A stretch of DNA of 64,000 nucleotides from Elusimicrobiota bacterium (lineage in GTDB: Bacteria; Elusimicrobiota; Endomicrobiia; CG1-02-37-114; JAHJSO01), in NCBI GenBank assembly GCA_043826435.1, contig JBDRQF010000038.1, forward strand, positions 1-64,000. Direction: 5' to 3'. Made by a program: the position numbers and the translations under genes. Positions 39,101 through 47,758 of this stretch are shown piece by piece. Within the stretch, counting starts at the first letter, position 1, and each line of letters starts with the position of its first letter. Under the pieces are notes generated by a model that did no database searches, was not told where the DNA came from, and saw nothing but the letters and a program-made list of their open reading frames with translations.

Positions 39101-42100
39101 CGGTTCAAAGACGGTTAAGATTCAGAACTTTTATATTGCAGGTCCTGCATGGACAAAGGTCCAGGAAGTTACTGACGAGAATTACAGGGATGTTTATTTT
39201 TATGATGAAAATACGGGCTGGGCAGTGGGAGACAAAGGGACGGTCAAAAAAACCGGCAACAAGGGCTCATCTTGGTATTCCCAGATTTACGGGGCATCAA
39301 CCTTAAACGGATTGAACGGGGTGTATTTTTTTGATATGTTCACCGGTTGGGCTGCCGGACAGGCAGGCCGTATAATAAAGACAGTTGACGGCGGCAATAC
39401 ATGGTCTGCACAAAACAGCGGTTCGTCGGCAATTCTTTACGGCGTGTATTTTGTAAATGCAAGCACGGGCTTTGCCTGTGGTGCTTCCGGGACGCTGTTA
39501 AAAACGTATGATGGAGGTAGCCCCTGGTTTTCAAGCAACACCGGGCTCCCTGTGAATGACCTGCACTCAGTTTATTTTATAGATGAAAATTCGGGCTGGG
39601 TCGCGGGTAAGAACGGCAGTGTTTACAGGACAACAGACAGCGGGGCGAACTGGGTATCCGTTTCCGTGCCCGGTTTAACCACCCAGAATTTATACAACAT
39701 AAGATTTTTAACCAGAAAAGCAGCGCCCGGCACGGGTTTTATAGTCGGTAACAGCAGTGAAATATACAGGACTACCGACGGTGGGACCAGCTGGACCGGA
39801 GTTAACAGCAGTACCTCCCAGATAATCTATGACATTGATTTTAATGACCCGAATACGGGGATAGCGGCTGGTTCAAACGGGGCAATAGTCAGGACGACAA
39901 ACGGCGGCACCAGTTGGTCCGTTATGTCTTCAACATACACAAAATCGTTTTACTGCGCGGATTTTTATAGCGCTGGTTTTGCTCTGGGTGCCGAAGGGAC
40001 AATAGTTAAGTCACCCGATCTCGGATTGACCTGGGCGCAGTGGCTGATGGAAGGAAAATCAGCCGTTCTTAACTGGAAAGGCACGGTTTTTGTCCCCGCC
40101 TCCGACTCATTCCCGCCCCCTGCAACACTCAGGATGGGAAGGGACAATCAGGCGATGTTCTTATTGGGCATGAGGATTCTCAACTACCAGACAGGTGATA
40201 ACGCCAAACTCACGACGGTTATATTTGACAAAACGGGGACAATAAATAACGCAGAAGCAAGTTCGGTAACGGTGAAATTATATCGTGATACCGGCGATAG
40301 GCAATTCAGTCCGACTGGCGATACATTTAAGGGGCAGACAATGTTTTCTCCCGGCACCGGACAGGCAACATTTTCAGGTCTCAGCGAGACCCTCAGCGGG
40401 ACAACCGTCTACTATTTTATTGTCCTTAACATCCCCGTTTTATCTGACATAATAAATGATACTATCGGTGTCCGGTTTCCGCAGAATGCATTTACAATTG
40501 AGGCAGGCGGCGTCCCGATGGCGAGGAACAATTTAGCATACAGCGTACCTCCTGCTACAATAGTCCCCAGTTCATGCACTGTTTCGTTTATGGACACTGA
40601 CATTGCACCAACAGAAACAACCCAGGGAACAAAGGACCTCCAGGTGTTCCGTTTTGATATGTCAACCGACAGGTCGGACAGCCCCTGGCGACGACTGACC
40701 GTAGAAAGGACAGGACAGAATACCGCGGATTCTGACATTGACAAGGTGAGTGTTTACGCCATATCCGTTGCACCTGAAAACTTTATAAGTTCAGGTGTTT
40801 TTAGCGCGGGTATTTGTAACATAAACTTTAGCAATGCGCCGCTGATAATCACTACAACACAGCAATTTTTTGTTACAATGGATATATCACCGAATGCAAG
40901 ATATTCAACCGATACGGACACTGCGACAGTCGGATTGAGACTTTTCTCAACGACAAACTATGTCAGGTTGGACACAGACGGGATGAACGGCATATCCCCT
41001 TCGGGAAAGGAAATTGCGTCAAAACTGGTAAAGATAAACGTTGCCTATGATATGGTGCTGATTTCCCCGGTATTCCTGACCGTTCCTGAAATTTACCAGG
41101 GCGAGGAAAAGGCATTTCTGGCGCTAAACATATCAATAGACGCCAACAATGCCACCTGGACACGGATGCGTCTGGGAAAAACAGGGACGGCCGGCGACAG
41201 CGACATAACCTCTGCATCACTCTACCGGGATTATGACGGTAACGGCAGTTTTAACGTGAACATAGACACTTATGTGGCGGGAAGCAATTTTTCAGGCGGA
41301 ATAAGCGACATTGTTTTTGCTACCCCTGAGACAATTGATAGGGTTCTGCCGCAGTACGCCACGTATTTTGTAACCCTTAAAATAGCCAAGACGTCAGGGA
41401 TTGACAAGACAGTGGCAATCAGGGTCGCCACACAGACATATGTTACAGTCGCCCTGCCTGACAGGGTTTCGTCCGCAAACTTTCCGATACAGTCCTCCAC
41501 CGCTACCATTAAAGACTATCCTGATACGGTTCAGGCAACGCTGACGGATATGGCACCCTATGACGCCAGGGTTGACGAAACAGTTCTTGCCGGGAAGATT
41601 CAATTAGTTACCTATGTGGATGCAACTTTCCAGAGTTTGCGCCTTGCGCACGAGGGTTCTGCCTCCACTGATGCGGTCAGGACAATAAGATTCTACAGCG
41701 ATTATAATTCAGACGGCGGTTTTTCTGCGTCGGACGACATGCTTATTGCTACCGCTTCATTCAACTCATCAGGAATAGGTATGCTGAATTTTGCAACTCC
41801 TCCCGTTATCCGTGACAGCACCCGGACGTTTTTTGTGGTCATTGAACTCAACCCGGACAAAGCGGAGCCGGGTAAAAATATTGGCTTTGGTGTTGATTAT
41901 ACCGGCTTTCAGTATAACCTGCCTAACATGGGCAATAACTTCGGTTATTTCAGGTGTTCCCTTGTGAAGTTACTGGATAGGAGAACGCCGACAGTCCCTG
42001 CTGTTGATTTGCAGTTTGACAACCCCACACCTGTCAGGATATCAGGCAGGGATGTATATTTTACGAATAAATCAGCCGAGATAAAGTTCAACTGGCGGTC

Positions 42101-42971
42101 GGAAGCCCTCAACGGCATAAAAGAATTAAAATATACGATCGCCTCATACCAGATTGTAACAGGCACGGAAACGCCTGATGTCCTGTCGTACTGGAATACA
42201 ACGGCCGACAGCAGCGTATCCTTTTCCGACATAAACTTGAAGCACAATACCGTGTATCACCTCTGGCTTAAGGTCTATAGCACCGACGATTTTGTCAGGA
42301 CAAAAAACATTGAGTTTAAGGTTGATACCACACCGCCGCCTGCACCCAATGCACCCGTACACACGGCCAGGAACGGTGTGTCAGCCGCACAGTCGCAGAA
42401 CTCATACTGGGTTTCATGGTCAGCCGTGTCCGACGCAGAGTCAGACATAATGTTCTACGAACTCCAGGAACGCTTGGACACTTCGCCCGTGTGGGTAAGC
42501 GTAAGCAGTACGATAGCACCGTCAATCACCGACTACCAGATAAAGAACAAGGAAGAAGGGAAGTTTTACTATTACCGTGTCAGGGCAAGGAACTATGCGG
42601 GGACATGGGGAAGTTTCTCTTCGGATTCAAAGGCGGCGTATTTATCATTGCCGTCAGGGCCGATAGAACAATTGGCGAACTATCCTAATCCGTTTGATTC
42701 CCGTTATCAGAAAACGACGATTACCTATATTCTAAAAGAGGACTCGGAAGTCACAGTGAGAATTTTTGACCTATTCGGCATTCCTGTTACCACAATGCAC
42801 TTTCTAAAAGGGCAGAGCCCCGGTGGGGTGCAGGGGGCGAACAACATTTTATGGGATGCTACCAACGACCAGGGGCAGAAGATTGTCCAGGGGATGTATA
42901 TAATGTCCGTTGAGGTAAAATCAGACAGTTCAACCATTCGCAAGAACTGGAAAATAGGAGTGATACATTGA
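36114..42971 (+). CDS. Giant (2285 aa) secreted surface protein: DUF2341-like, FN3, Ycf48/BNR propeller, Ig repeats, FlgD-Ig / type-A T9SS-like C-terminal domain
   Basis: Signal peptide from ATG 36114; LTDYQI..SIRFT..HWTE..WVRV..IYMYYGN; repeated GWAVG..G....T.DGG.TW; NYPNPF...TITY.L...IFDL.G...WD..ND.G..GMY. Confidence 0.85.
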   Translation: MAKRLAVCFFLCVVVVFLAAGDSHALWWVETNSTDWNDGYFYRSTSTVDDLRIREWTDWLGSTWTQRMVIVINNENNPNTLTDYQITLTTNTKILVDANRMDPQGNSIRFTESDGVTIIPHWTEFWNITTSTGSKFWVRVSTIPANLSSKEIYMYYGNVSTNNVSNRGAVLDLYEDWESGEIAYGTKWFGSDSEPFRIAIDTYTSSSDFDMVYRGTYSVCNANILDTQISGIYTNLNVSMPVKINFWWSRYGENQEDYPEFLIDGISRGQLKAQIIPPPWTAAQFNTTYSGLITIKWRYYKNPGTTVLPDRGWIDNIVVTKYADPEPTVFVPYSETKTNYYSSAKYHSDVLVTQGENSIVNYTSWSVSGIGTTKIYMRASDTSFLVTATLPSWAQVYDESKPSGIQGKYIQYQAEFTSDGSTAPSLGEISIEYRSPPPPPKNFMATTISTSVILWTWEDQANVVMSTSTYVYRIYMSTRALTAGGVGGYVSPGTSSLGLWKELTGDTTFWYEDNLIANKGYTRSVVAANDVGGNVGSPAMVMKYTRAVPPNVKSEYFRFLPISGSEYVPISTGVWHQHKYFGATTGNFVSQISSGPGTIQYYRVDWATVSFRAWNNNETRWEPVVSTVTHPDSGETITKKPEVLQQATLNRNSWYFHVASYNGDNELSTSSVLGPFYFNGCPSTITDLVALPSTSQEGCVILRWTAPYADSTFNNISSGKYYLKYRENFNISNDSQFDAAAGLVKLTTTVANQRETYVISGLIPGNTYWFAIKAEDSEGNKSELFVTTDTAIFFNRRTTAAKIAKIAFKTSPQTYSVGETAAQIFVETQDSANNPLAVAEDTNIYLYTDSSEGEFATTLSPTPNWTASGQGFVKVLKGTSTAAGFWYRDKKAGTPRITCDEGPDKQWTAGEQIQSVVPGSAVKFRIVYDTPNNYDSITKEPYPSNSTLWSEKTAFIQAIDGYGNISDRYRGGIISTTTPAEQAMIPSSHTFTAVDGGSKTVKIQNFYIAGPAWTKVQEVTDENYRDVYFYDENTGWAVGDKGTVKKTGNKGSSWYSQIYGASTLNGLNGVYFFDMFTGWAAGQAGRIIKTVDGGNTWSAQNSGSSAILYGVYFVNASTGFACGASGTLLKTYDGGSPWFSSNTGLPVNDLHSVYFIDENSGWVAGKNGSVYRTTDSGANWVSVSVPGLTTQNLYNIRFLTRKAAPGTGFIVGNSSEIYRTTDGGTSWTGVNSSTSQIIYDIDFNDPNTGIAAGSNGAIVRTTNGGTSWSVMSSTYTKSFYCADFYSAGFALGAEGTIVKSPDLGLTWAQWLMEGKSAVLNWKGTVFVPASDSFPPPATLRMGRDNQAMFLLGMRILNYQTGDNAKLTTVIFDKTGTINNAEASSVTVKLYRDTGDRQFSPTGDTFKGQTMFSPGTGQATFSGLSETLSGTTVYYFIVLNIPVLSDIINDTIGVRFPQNAFTIEAGGVPMARNNLAYSVPPATIVPSSCTVSFMDTDIAPTETTQGTKDLQVFRFDMSTDRSDSPWRRLTVERTGQNTADSDIDKVSVYAISVAPENFISSGVFSAGICNINFSNAPLIITTTQQFFVTMDISPNARYSTDTDTATVGLRLFSTTNYVRLDTDGMNGISPSGKEIASKLVKINVAYDMVLISPVFLTVPEIYQGEEKAFLALNISIDANNATWTRMRLGKTGTAGDSDITSASLYRDYDGNGSFNVNIDTYVAGSNFSGGISDIVFATPETIDRVLPQYATYFVTLKIAKTSGIDKTVAIRVATQTYVTVALPDRVSSANFPIQSSTATIKDYPDTVQATLTDMAPYDARVDETVLAGKIQLVTYVDATFQSLRLAHEGSASTDAVRTIRFYSDYNSDGGFSASDDMLIATASFNSSGIGMLNFATPPVIRDSTRTFFVVIELNPDKAEPGKNIGFGVDYTGFQYNLPNMGNNFGYFRCSLVKLLDRRTPTVPAVDLQFDNPTPVRISGRDVYFTNKSAEIKFNWRSEALNGIKELKYTIASYQIVTGTETPDVLSYWNTTADSSVSFSDINLKHNTVYHLWLKVYSTDDFVRTKNIEFKVDTTPPPAPNAPVHTARNGVSAAQSQNSYWVSWSAVSDAESDIMFYELQERLDTSPVWVSVSSTIAPSITDYQIKNKEEGKFYYYRVRARNYAGTWGSFSSDSKAAYLSLPSGPIEQLANYPNPFDSRYQKTTITYILKEDSEVTVRIFDLFGIPVTTMHFLKGQSPGGVQGANNILWDATNDQGQKIVQGMYIMSVEVKSDSSTIRKNWKIGVIH

Positions 42972-42992
42972 GAGTAACTATTCACTCATCCG

Positions 42993-43196
42993 TGTCATTG
43001 CGAGGAGCGTTAGCGACGAGGCAATCTCATAAGACAAAGGGGATTGCTTCGGCTGTGCCTCGCAATGACAGGGTGGGCAAGGGGATTGCTTCGGCTGTGC
43101 CTCGCAATGACAGGGTGGGCAAGGGGATTGCTTCGGCTGCGCCTCGCAATGACAGGGTGGGCAAGGGGATTGCTTCGGCTGCGCCTCGCAATGACA
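42993..43196. repeat. REP-like cluster, one forward and four tandem inverted copies (42-bp period)
   Basis: gattgcttcggctg(t/c)gcctcgcaatgaca x4 separated by gggtgggcaaggg. Confidence 0.92.
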
Positions 43197-43198
43197 AT

Positions 43199-44806
43199 AT
43201 GAACAAGGTGCTTGCCGCCCTGTTGTCTTTCCCCGTGTGCCTTATGATAGCAGCCGGTTGTTTCGCCGCAGGCACCGACCCGTCTGCATTCCTGTCTTAC
43301 GGGGCTGGCGGCAGGGCTTTCGGCCTCGGGGGCGCCTATGCAGGGATATCCGAAGACGCAACCGCCACTTATTACAACCCGGCTGCTCTCGGGGCGCTCC
43401 AGTATAAGCAACTGCTAACGTCCTACTCAACCCTGTGGGAAAACACGGATTACAGTTATGCCGGCTACACCCACCCTCTGGTGGATGCGGGAGCGTTGGG
43501 TTTTAACATTGTCCGGCTTTATTCAGGCGGGGCTGAACGCAGGGATATTTATAACAAGCCACAGGGGAATTTTGACCACTCGCGCACAGGCATAACGGTG
43601 GGTTACGGTAAGGGCATATACAAAAACATTTATGCGGGGCTTAACGGCAAATTCATTAATTCAGTCCTGGACACGAACACGGCGAATTACTTTTCCGTTG
43701 ACGTCGCGGGTTATTACCGTATAAACCACGTGCTGAGCATAGGCGCCAACCTCCAGAACGTAATTCCCATAACGATGAGCAGTACCGACGACCGCCTGCC
43801 GCTGAATTTCAAGATGGGAGCGGGTTACAAGGTATTCGGGGACAAAGTGTTGTTTGCGGTTGACCTGAACAAGAACTCGGGACGCAGTTCCAGTATCATT
43901 GATTTTTATTCATTGGGGCTGGAGAGCAGACCTTTTAATTTCTTGAGTTTCCGCCTTGGCAAAAACGTCCATGAGGTTACTGCCGGTTTCGGTTTGAAAC
44001 AATCCATAACAGGCATTATATTTTCTCTTGACTATGCAGTCGCAATGCATGATTATTTAGGGGTTTCGCACAGGGCGTCTCTTGATTTCAGGTTCGGCAG
44101 GAGTATAGAAGAGATAAAACTTGCCCGGAAAACACAGGAGGACTCATCCGTCAGTGAACTGAAACCCGAAGAGATAATGATTAAAGAACAGAAAGAAGAC
44201 AAATTCAGGGCACTGTATCAGGATGCGGTTGAAAGTTATAAACAGGGACTGTTTTCAATCGCACTTGAGAAATTCAATGCGGCAAAGGAAATTTTACCCG
44301 AAGACACGCTTGTGCCGGTCTATATTGAGCGGCTTGGTACAATCGTCGGGGTGATAACTCAGCACATAAGTTCCGGGAAGACAGGCGATCTTCTCAGGAG
44401 GGGGGTTGCATACTTCGTTGAAGGTGATGGTGAAAGCGCCGTCAAGACGATTGCTTATCTTCTCTCCATTGAGCCGGAGAATTTTACGGTTGAACGGCTT
44501 CTGAACCGCCTGGAGGAGAAAACAGGGATTAAGGCGGAGAAATCAACCCCGATGACAAACCTGTCTGTTGTGGAACAGAAATTATATGAGTGCTTAATAC
44601 ATTTCAAGAAGAGGGATTTCTGGAAAGCGATATCCCTGTGTGAACAGATACTTGTTCTTGAACCCGACAATGTGGCCGCTTACAAGCGAATGGGAAGCGC
44701 GTTTTATGCTCTCGGGGAAAAAGAAAAGGCAAAAGAGGTCTGGCAGAAAGCCCTTTTAATACAGCCCGACCCGAAGTTGAAGGACTTTATTGAAAAAATG
44801 AAATAA
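43199..44806 (+). CDS. PorV/PorQ-like outer-membrane barrel with C-terminal TPRs
   Basis: AFLSYGAGGRAFGLGGAY.G..EDA.A.YYNPA, LDYA...HRASL.FRF; TPR helices (AYKRMGSAFYALG..A...WQKAL). Confidence 0.82.
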   Translation: MNKVLAALLSFPVCLMIAAGCFAAGTDPSAFLSYGAGGRAFGLGGAYAGISEDATATYYNPAALGALQYKQLLTSYSTLWENTDYSYAGYTHPLVDAGALGFNIVRLYSGGAERRDIYNKPQGNFDHSRTGITVGYGKGIYKNIYAGLNGKFINSVLDTNTANYFSVDVAGYYRINHVLSIGANLQNVIPITMSSTDDRLPLNFKMGAGYKVFGDKVLFAVDLNKNSGRSSSIIDFYSLGLESRPFNFLSFRLGKNVHEVTAGFGLKQSITGIIFSLDYAVAMHDYLGVSHRASLDFRFGRSIEEIKLARKTQEDSSVSELKPEEIMIKEQKEDKFRALYQDAVESYKQGLFSIALEKFNAAKEILPEDTLVPVYIERLGTIVGVITQHISSGKTGDLLRRGVAYFVEGDGESAVKTIAYLLSIEPENFTVERLLNRLEEKTGIKAEKSTPMTNLSVVEQKLYECLIHFKKRDFWKAISLCEQILVLEPDNVAAYKRMGSAFYALGEKEKAKEVWQKALLIQPDPKLKDFIEKMK

Positions 44807-44824
44807 AACAAGGGGAAAGTATAT

Positions 44825-46306
44825 ATGGGTGTTATATTGCTCCTGTGCGTGTTGATTGGTTTTTGTCCCGAAACAATGGCCCAGTCCATGATGGAACAAA
44901 AACTGGCCCTTGAGAGCTCAATCCAGGAGAGGACGGAGAGAATCGTAGAGAAAATAATCGGTTCCAGAGAGACAGTGGTTCTTGTGAATGTTGAACTGGC
45001 GACTGAGAAATCCAAAACCGAGAGGCCGCTTTACCCCGGTATGACCGGCTCACAGGAGGAATATCTGCCGGGGATAACATATTCCTATGTTCCCCTTGAC
45101 CTTGAGGCGGCAGGGTATTCAAATGTAACAATCAAAAAAATAAACATATCTATAACTGTTGACACAAAAATTACCACGCCTGTGGTTGACAGGATTAAGA
45201 AAGAAATTACATCGCTTATGGGTCTCAATACCCTCAGGGGTGACGTTGTGGACGTTCAGAAGATTGTGTTTTCGTCAAAAAAGATTAACTGGGGGGAGCA
45301 ACTGCTGAACTTGTTTTCAAATTTATACTGGATTGCTGTTCTCGGACTTATCGCACTGTTTCTTTTCGGGCCGCTCAGGAACTTCTTTAAGACAATCGTA
45401 AAGGCGATGGAAATCAGAATAGATGCGGATACAAAAATAAGGAATTATGACGATGCGTCGCGTGCGGGTATCGGCGGAGGCAATCCTTTTATGCCGTCAG
45501 GCCCCATAGAACTTACGCTGGACAGAAAAAGACCTCAACTAAAGAAAGGGGAAGAAGAACAAATGAAGATGAAAAAGTTCGGGTTCATTGACGCCAACAA
45601 CCTTAAGAATCTTATTTTCCTGCTGAAAGAAGAAAAACCGGAGAAGATTGCAATACTCACGAGTTATCTGTCTTCCGAGTTCACGTCGCAGGTTATTAAT
45701 TCTCTCCCGCCGAAGAAACAGGCGCAGGTTGCTCTCACGCTTACGATGCCCAGAATAATTGACCCGCAGGAGGTTGACGAACTGGAGAAGGAAATGAAGC
45801 AAAAGATTGACTACCTCGTCGGCGGGGACGATTATTTTATGAATTTGCTTGACCAGGTTGATATTGAAACGCAGGAAAATATTTTGCAGAATCTGGAAGG
45901 GACAAACCCCGCGCTGGCGACAAAGATAAGACAGGTGCTTTTCTTCTTTAACGACATCGTAATCCTTGACAAGCAGGTCCTGCAGAAGGTTATAAGGGAG
46001 ATCCAGAAGCAGGGGCTGTCCCTTGCGCTTGCGCTCAAAGGCGCAGCGGATGGGGTAAAATCAAAGGTTATGGAAACATTGACCGAAGGAGCCAGGGCGA
46101 TGCTTGCCGAGCAGATTGACCTCCTGGGAGACGTAACGGAAAAGAGGGCTCAGGATGAACAGAAGCAGATTGCAATAATTATCAAGCAGTTAGAAAGGGC
46201 GGGGGAGATTATTATTGACAGGGGCAAAAAGTTTAATATCATTGATGAGGACAAATCAACCGCAGTCGTACCGGAAGAGGTAAACGGAGAAGAAAGGAGT
46301 ATATAA
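44825..46306 (+). CDS. FliF(RBM3)-like ring domain fused to FliG middle/C-terminal domains
   Basis: Signal peptide; IKKINISITVD...MGLNTLRGDVVDV (FliF C-terminal pattern); one TM; EKPEKIAILTSYL, GG, FFFNDI, LALALKGA, GEIII (FliG pattern). Confidence 0.8.
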   Translation: MGVILLLCVLIGFCPETMAQSMMEQKLALESSIQERTERIVEKIIGSRETVVLVNVELATEKSKTERPLYPGMTGSQEEYLPGITYSYVPLDLEAAGYSNVTIKKINISITVDTKITTPVVDRIKKEITSLMGLNTLRGDVVDVQKIVFSSKKINWGEQLLNLFSNLYWIAVLGLIALFLFGPLRNFFKTIVKAMEIRIDADTKIRNYDDASRAGIGGGNPFMPSGPIELTLDRKRPQLKKGEEEQMKMKKFGFIDANNLKNLIFLLKEEKPEKIAILTSYLSSEFTSQVINSLPPKKQAQVALTLTMPRIIDPQEVDELEKEMKQKIDYLVGGDDYFMNLLDQVDIETQENILQNLEGTNPALATKIRQVLFFFNDIVILDKQVLQKVIREIQKQGLSLALALKGAADGVKSKVMETLTEGARAMLAEQIDLLGDVTEKRAQDEQKQIAIIIKQLERAGEIIIDRGKKFNIIDEDKSTAVVPEEVNGEERSI

Positions 46307-46309
46307 CTT

Positions 46310-47089
46310 ATGGACTTTATGACAATTACGGGGTTGTTGGTTGGCGGGCTTGCAGTGTATTATGCCCTGGCAGTGGGGGGTATAGGGGATCTTATATTTA
46401 ATCTACCTGCTGCAGTTCTGGTATTCGGTGGAACACTTGGAGCGACCATGGTTACATATCCATGGTCAATATTTAGCAGGGTGCCAAAAGCGGTAGGACT
46501 GATGCTATTCCCCCCAAAGCGACTTTCGCCGGAACACTATATTACACTTCTGGTGCAACTTTCAGAGAGGGCAAAAAAATCAGGTATTGACAGTTTACAG
46601 GATGACATACCGAAAATACAGGACCCATTTTTAGTGGATGGATTACAGATGCTTCTGGACGGCCTGGATGCAAATATGGTCAGGGAGAACCTGGACAAAG
46701 AAATCGTTTTTTTGAGACGCAGGCATTCCCAGCTTACCTCTGTTTTCAGAAGTATGGGCACCTATGCCCCAATATTCGGTCTTCTCGGAACCCTTATAGG
46801 TGTTGTTCAGGTTTTGCAGAACCTTACTGACCCCACGTCCATTGGTGCGGCTATGGCTGTGGCGGTTGTCACAACTTTCTATGGGATATTCAGCACAAAT
46901 TTTTTCTATCTGCCGACTGCAGGAAAACTGGATTCTTTAACCGAGCAGGAGGTCCTCCTGAAAGAGGTTGCTATTGAGGGGATCTTAGCCATACAAAAAG
47001 GGGATATCCCGATGATTGTTTCCCGCAAACTGCATGCCTATCTGGCGTACAAAATAAGACAATTCCACCGAAAGAAAGAGACTAAATAA
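46310..47089 (+). CDS. motA: MotA/PomA-family stator subunit
   Basis: VFGGTLGA, DPFL..GLQML.DG, APIFGLLGTLIG, AVVTTFYG, P...KL, EGILAIQ.G. Confidence 0.93.
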   Translation: MDFMTITGLLVGGLAVYYALAVGGIGDLIFNLPAAVLVFGGTLGATMVTYPWSIFSRVPKAVGLMLFPPKRLSPEHYITLLVQLSERAKKSGIDSLQDDIPKIQDPFLVDGLQMLLDGLDANMVRENLDKEIVFLRRRHSQLTSVFRSMGTYAPIFGLLGTLIGVVQVLQNLTDPTSIGAAMAVAVVTTFYGIFSTNFFYLPTAGKLDSLTEQEVLLKEVAIEGILAIQKGDIPMIVSRKLHAYLAYKIRQFHRKKETK

Positions 47090-47095
47090 ATTAAA

Positions 47096-47758
47096 ATGCC
47101 GCCAGAAACGAAACAAAAAGAACAGGAAAAAATTAGCAGGGAACAAAAATCAAACGAAAAACAGATATGGCTTACTGTTTACTCTGATATGACGACGAAC
47201 CTCGCCTTATTTTTTCTTATATTGTTTTCCCTTACCCGTCTCAGCGCTCCCCAGCGGGAAAAACTTTATGAATCGCTGAAAAAACAGTATAAAGAAAAAA
47301 CAAAGCAGGAAGAGGTGCAGGTCGTAAAAGAAGAGGAGCAGAAGAAAAAGGATGTGGATGAGTTAAAAAAATTAGCGTATGTGGAAGAAACACAACAACA
47401 GATAAAGATAACCCTGCCAAGCCCCGTGCTTTTTGATTTAAACAAGGTGGAACTCAAAACACAGGCGATGAATATACTTTCGCAGATAGCGACGGTTCTG
47501 AAGGGCTCTGATTATCCGATTATTGTGGAGGGACATACTGATAACCTCCCGGTTTATGGCGGGAGATACCCTTCCAACTGGCACCTCTCTTCTGCAAGGG
47601 CTTTCTCTGTGATAGAATATTTTGTTAATGAGGGGAAGATTAACCCTAAAAGGTTTTCGGCGATGGGTCATGCTGAATACAGGCCCGTTGTTCCAAATGA
47701 TACAGAAGAAAACCGTTCCATAAACAGGAGAATTGAAATTATAGTGGTAAAGATATGA
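47096..47758 (+). CDS. motB: MotB-family stator subunit 1 (Asp retained)
   Basis: WLTVYSDMTT TM motif; OmpA-like domain EGHTD, NWHLSSARA, NRRIEI. Confidence 0.92.
   Translation: MPPETKQKEQEKISREQKSNEKQIWLTVYSDMTTNLALFFLILFSLTRLSAPQREKLYESLKKQYKEKTKQEEVQVVKEEEQKKKDVDELKKLAYVEETQQQIKITLPSPVLFDLNKVELKTQAMNILSQIATVLKGSDYPIIVEGHTDNLPVYGGRYPSNWHLSSARAFSVIEYFVNEGKINPKRFSAMGHAEYRPVVPNDTEENRSINRRIEIIVVKI

Noticed and set aside
42968..43198. N-terminal extension (GIASAVPRNDRVGK repeats) of barrel 2
   Set aside because: It is read-through of a 42-bp repeat array; the signal peptide begins at ATG 43199
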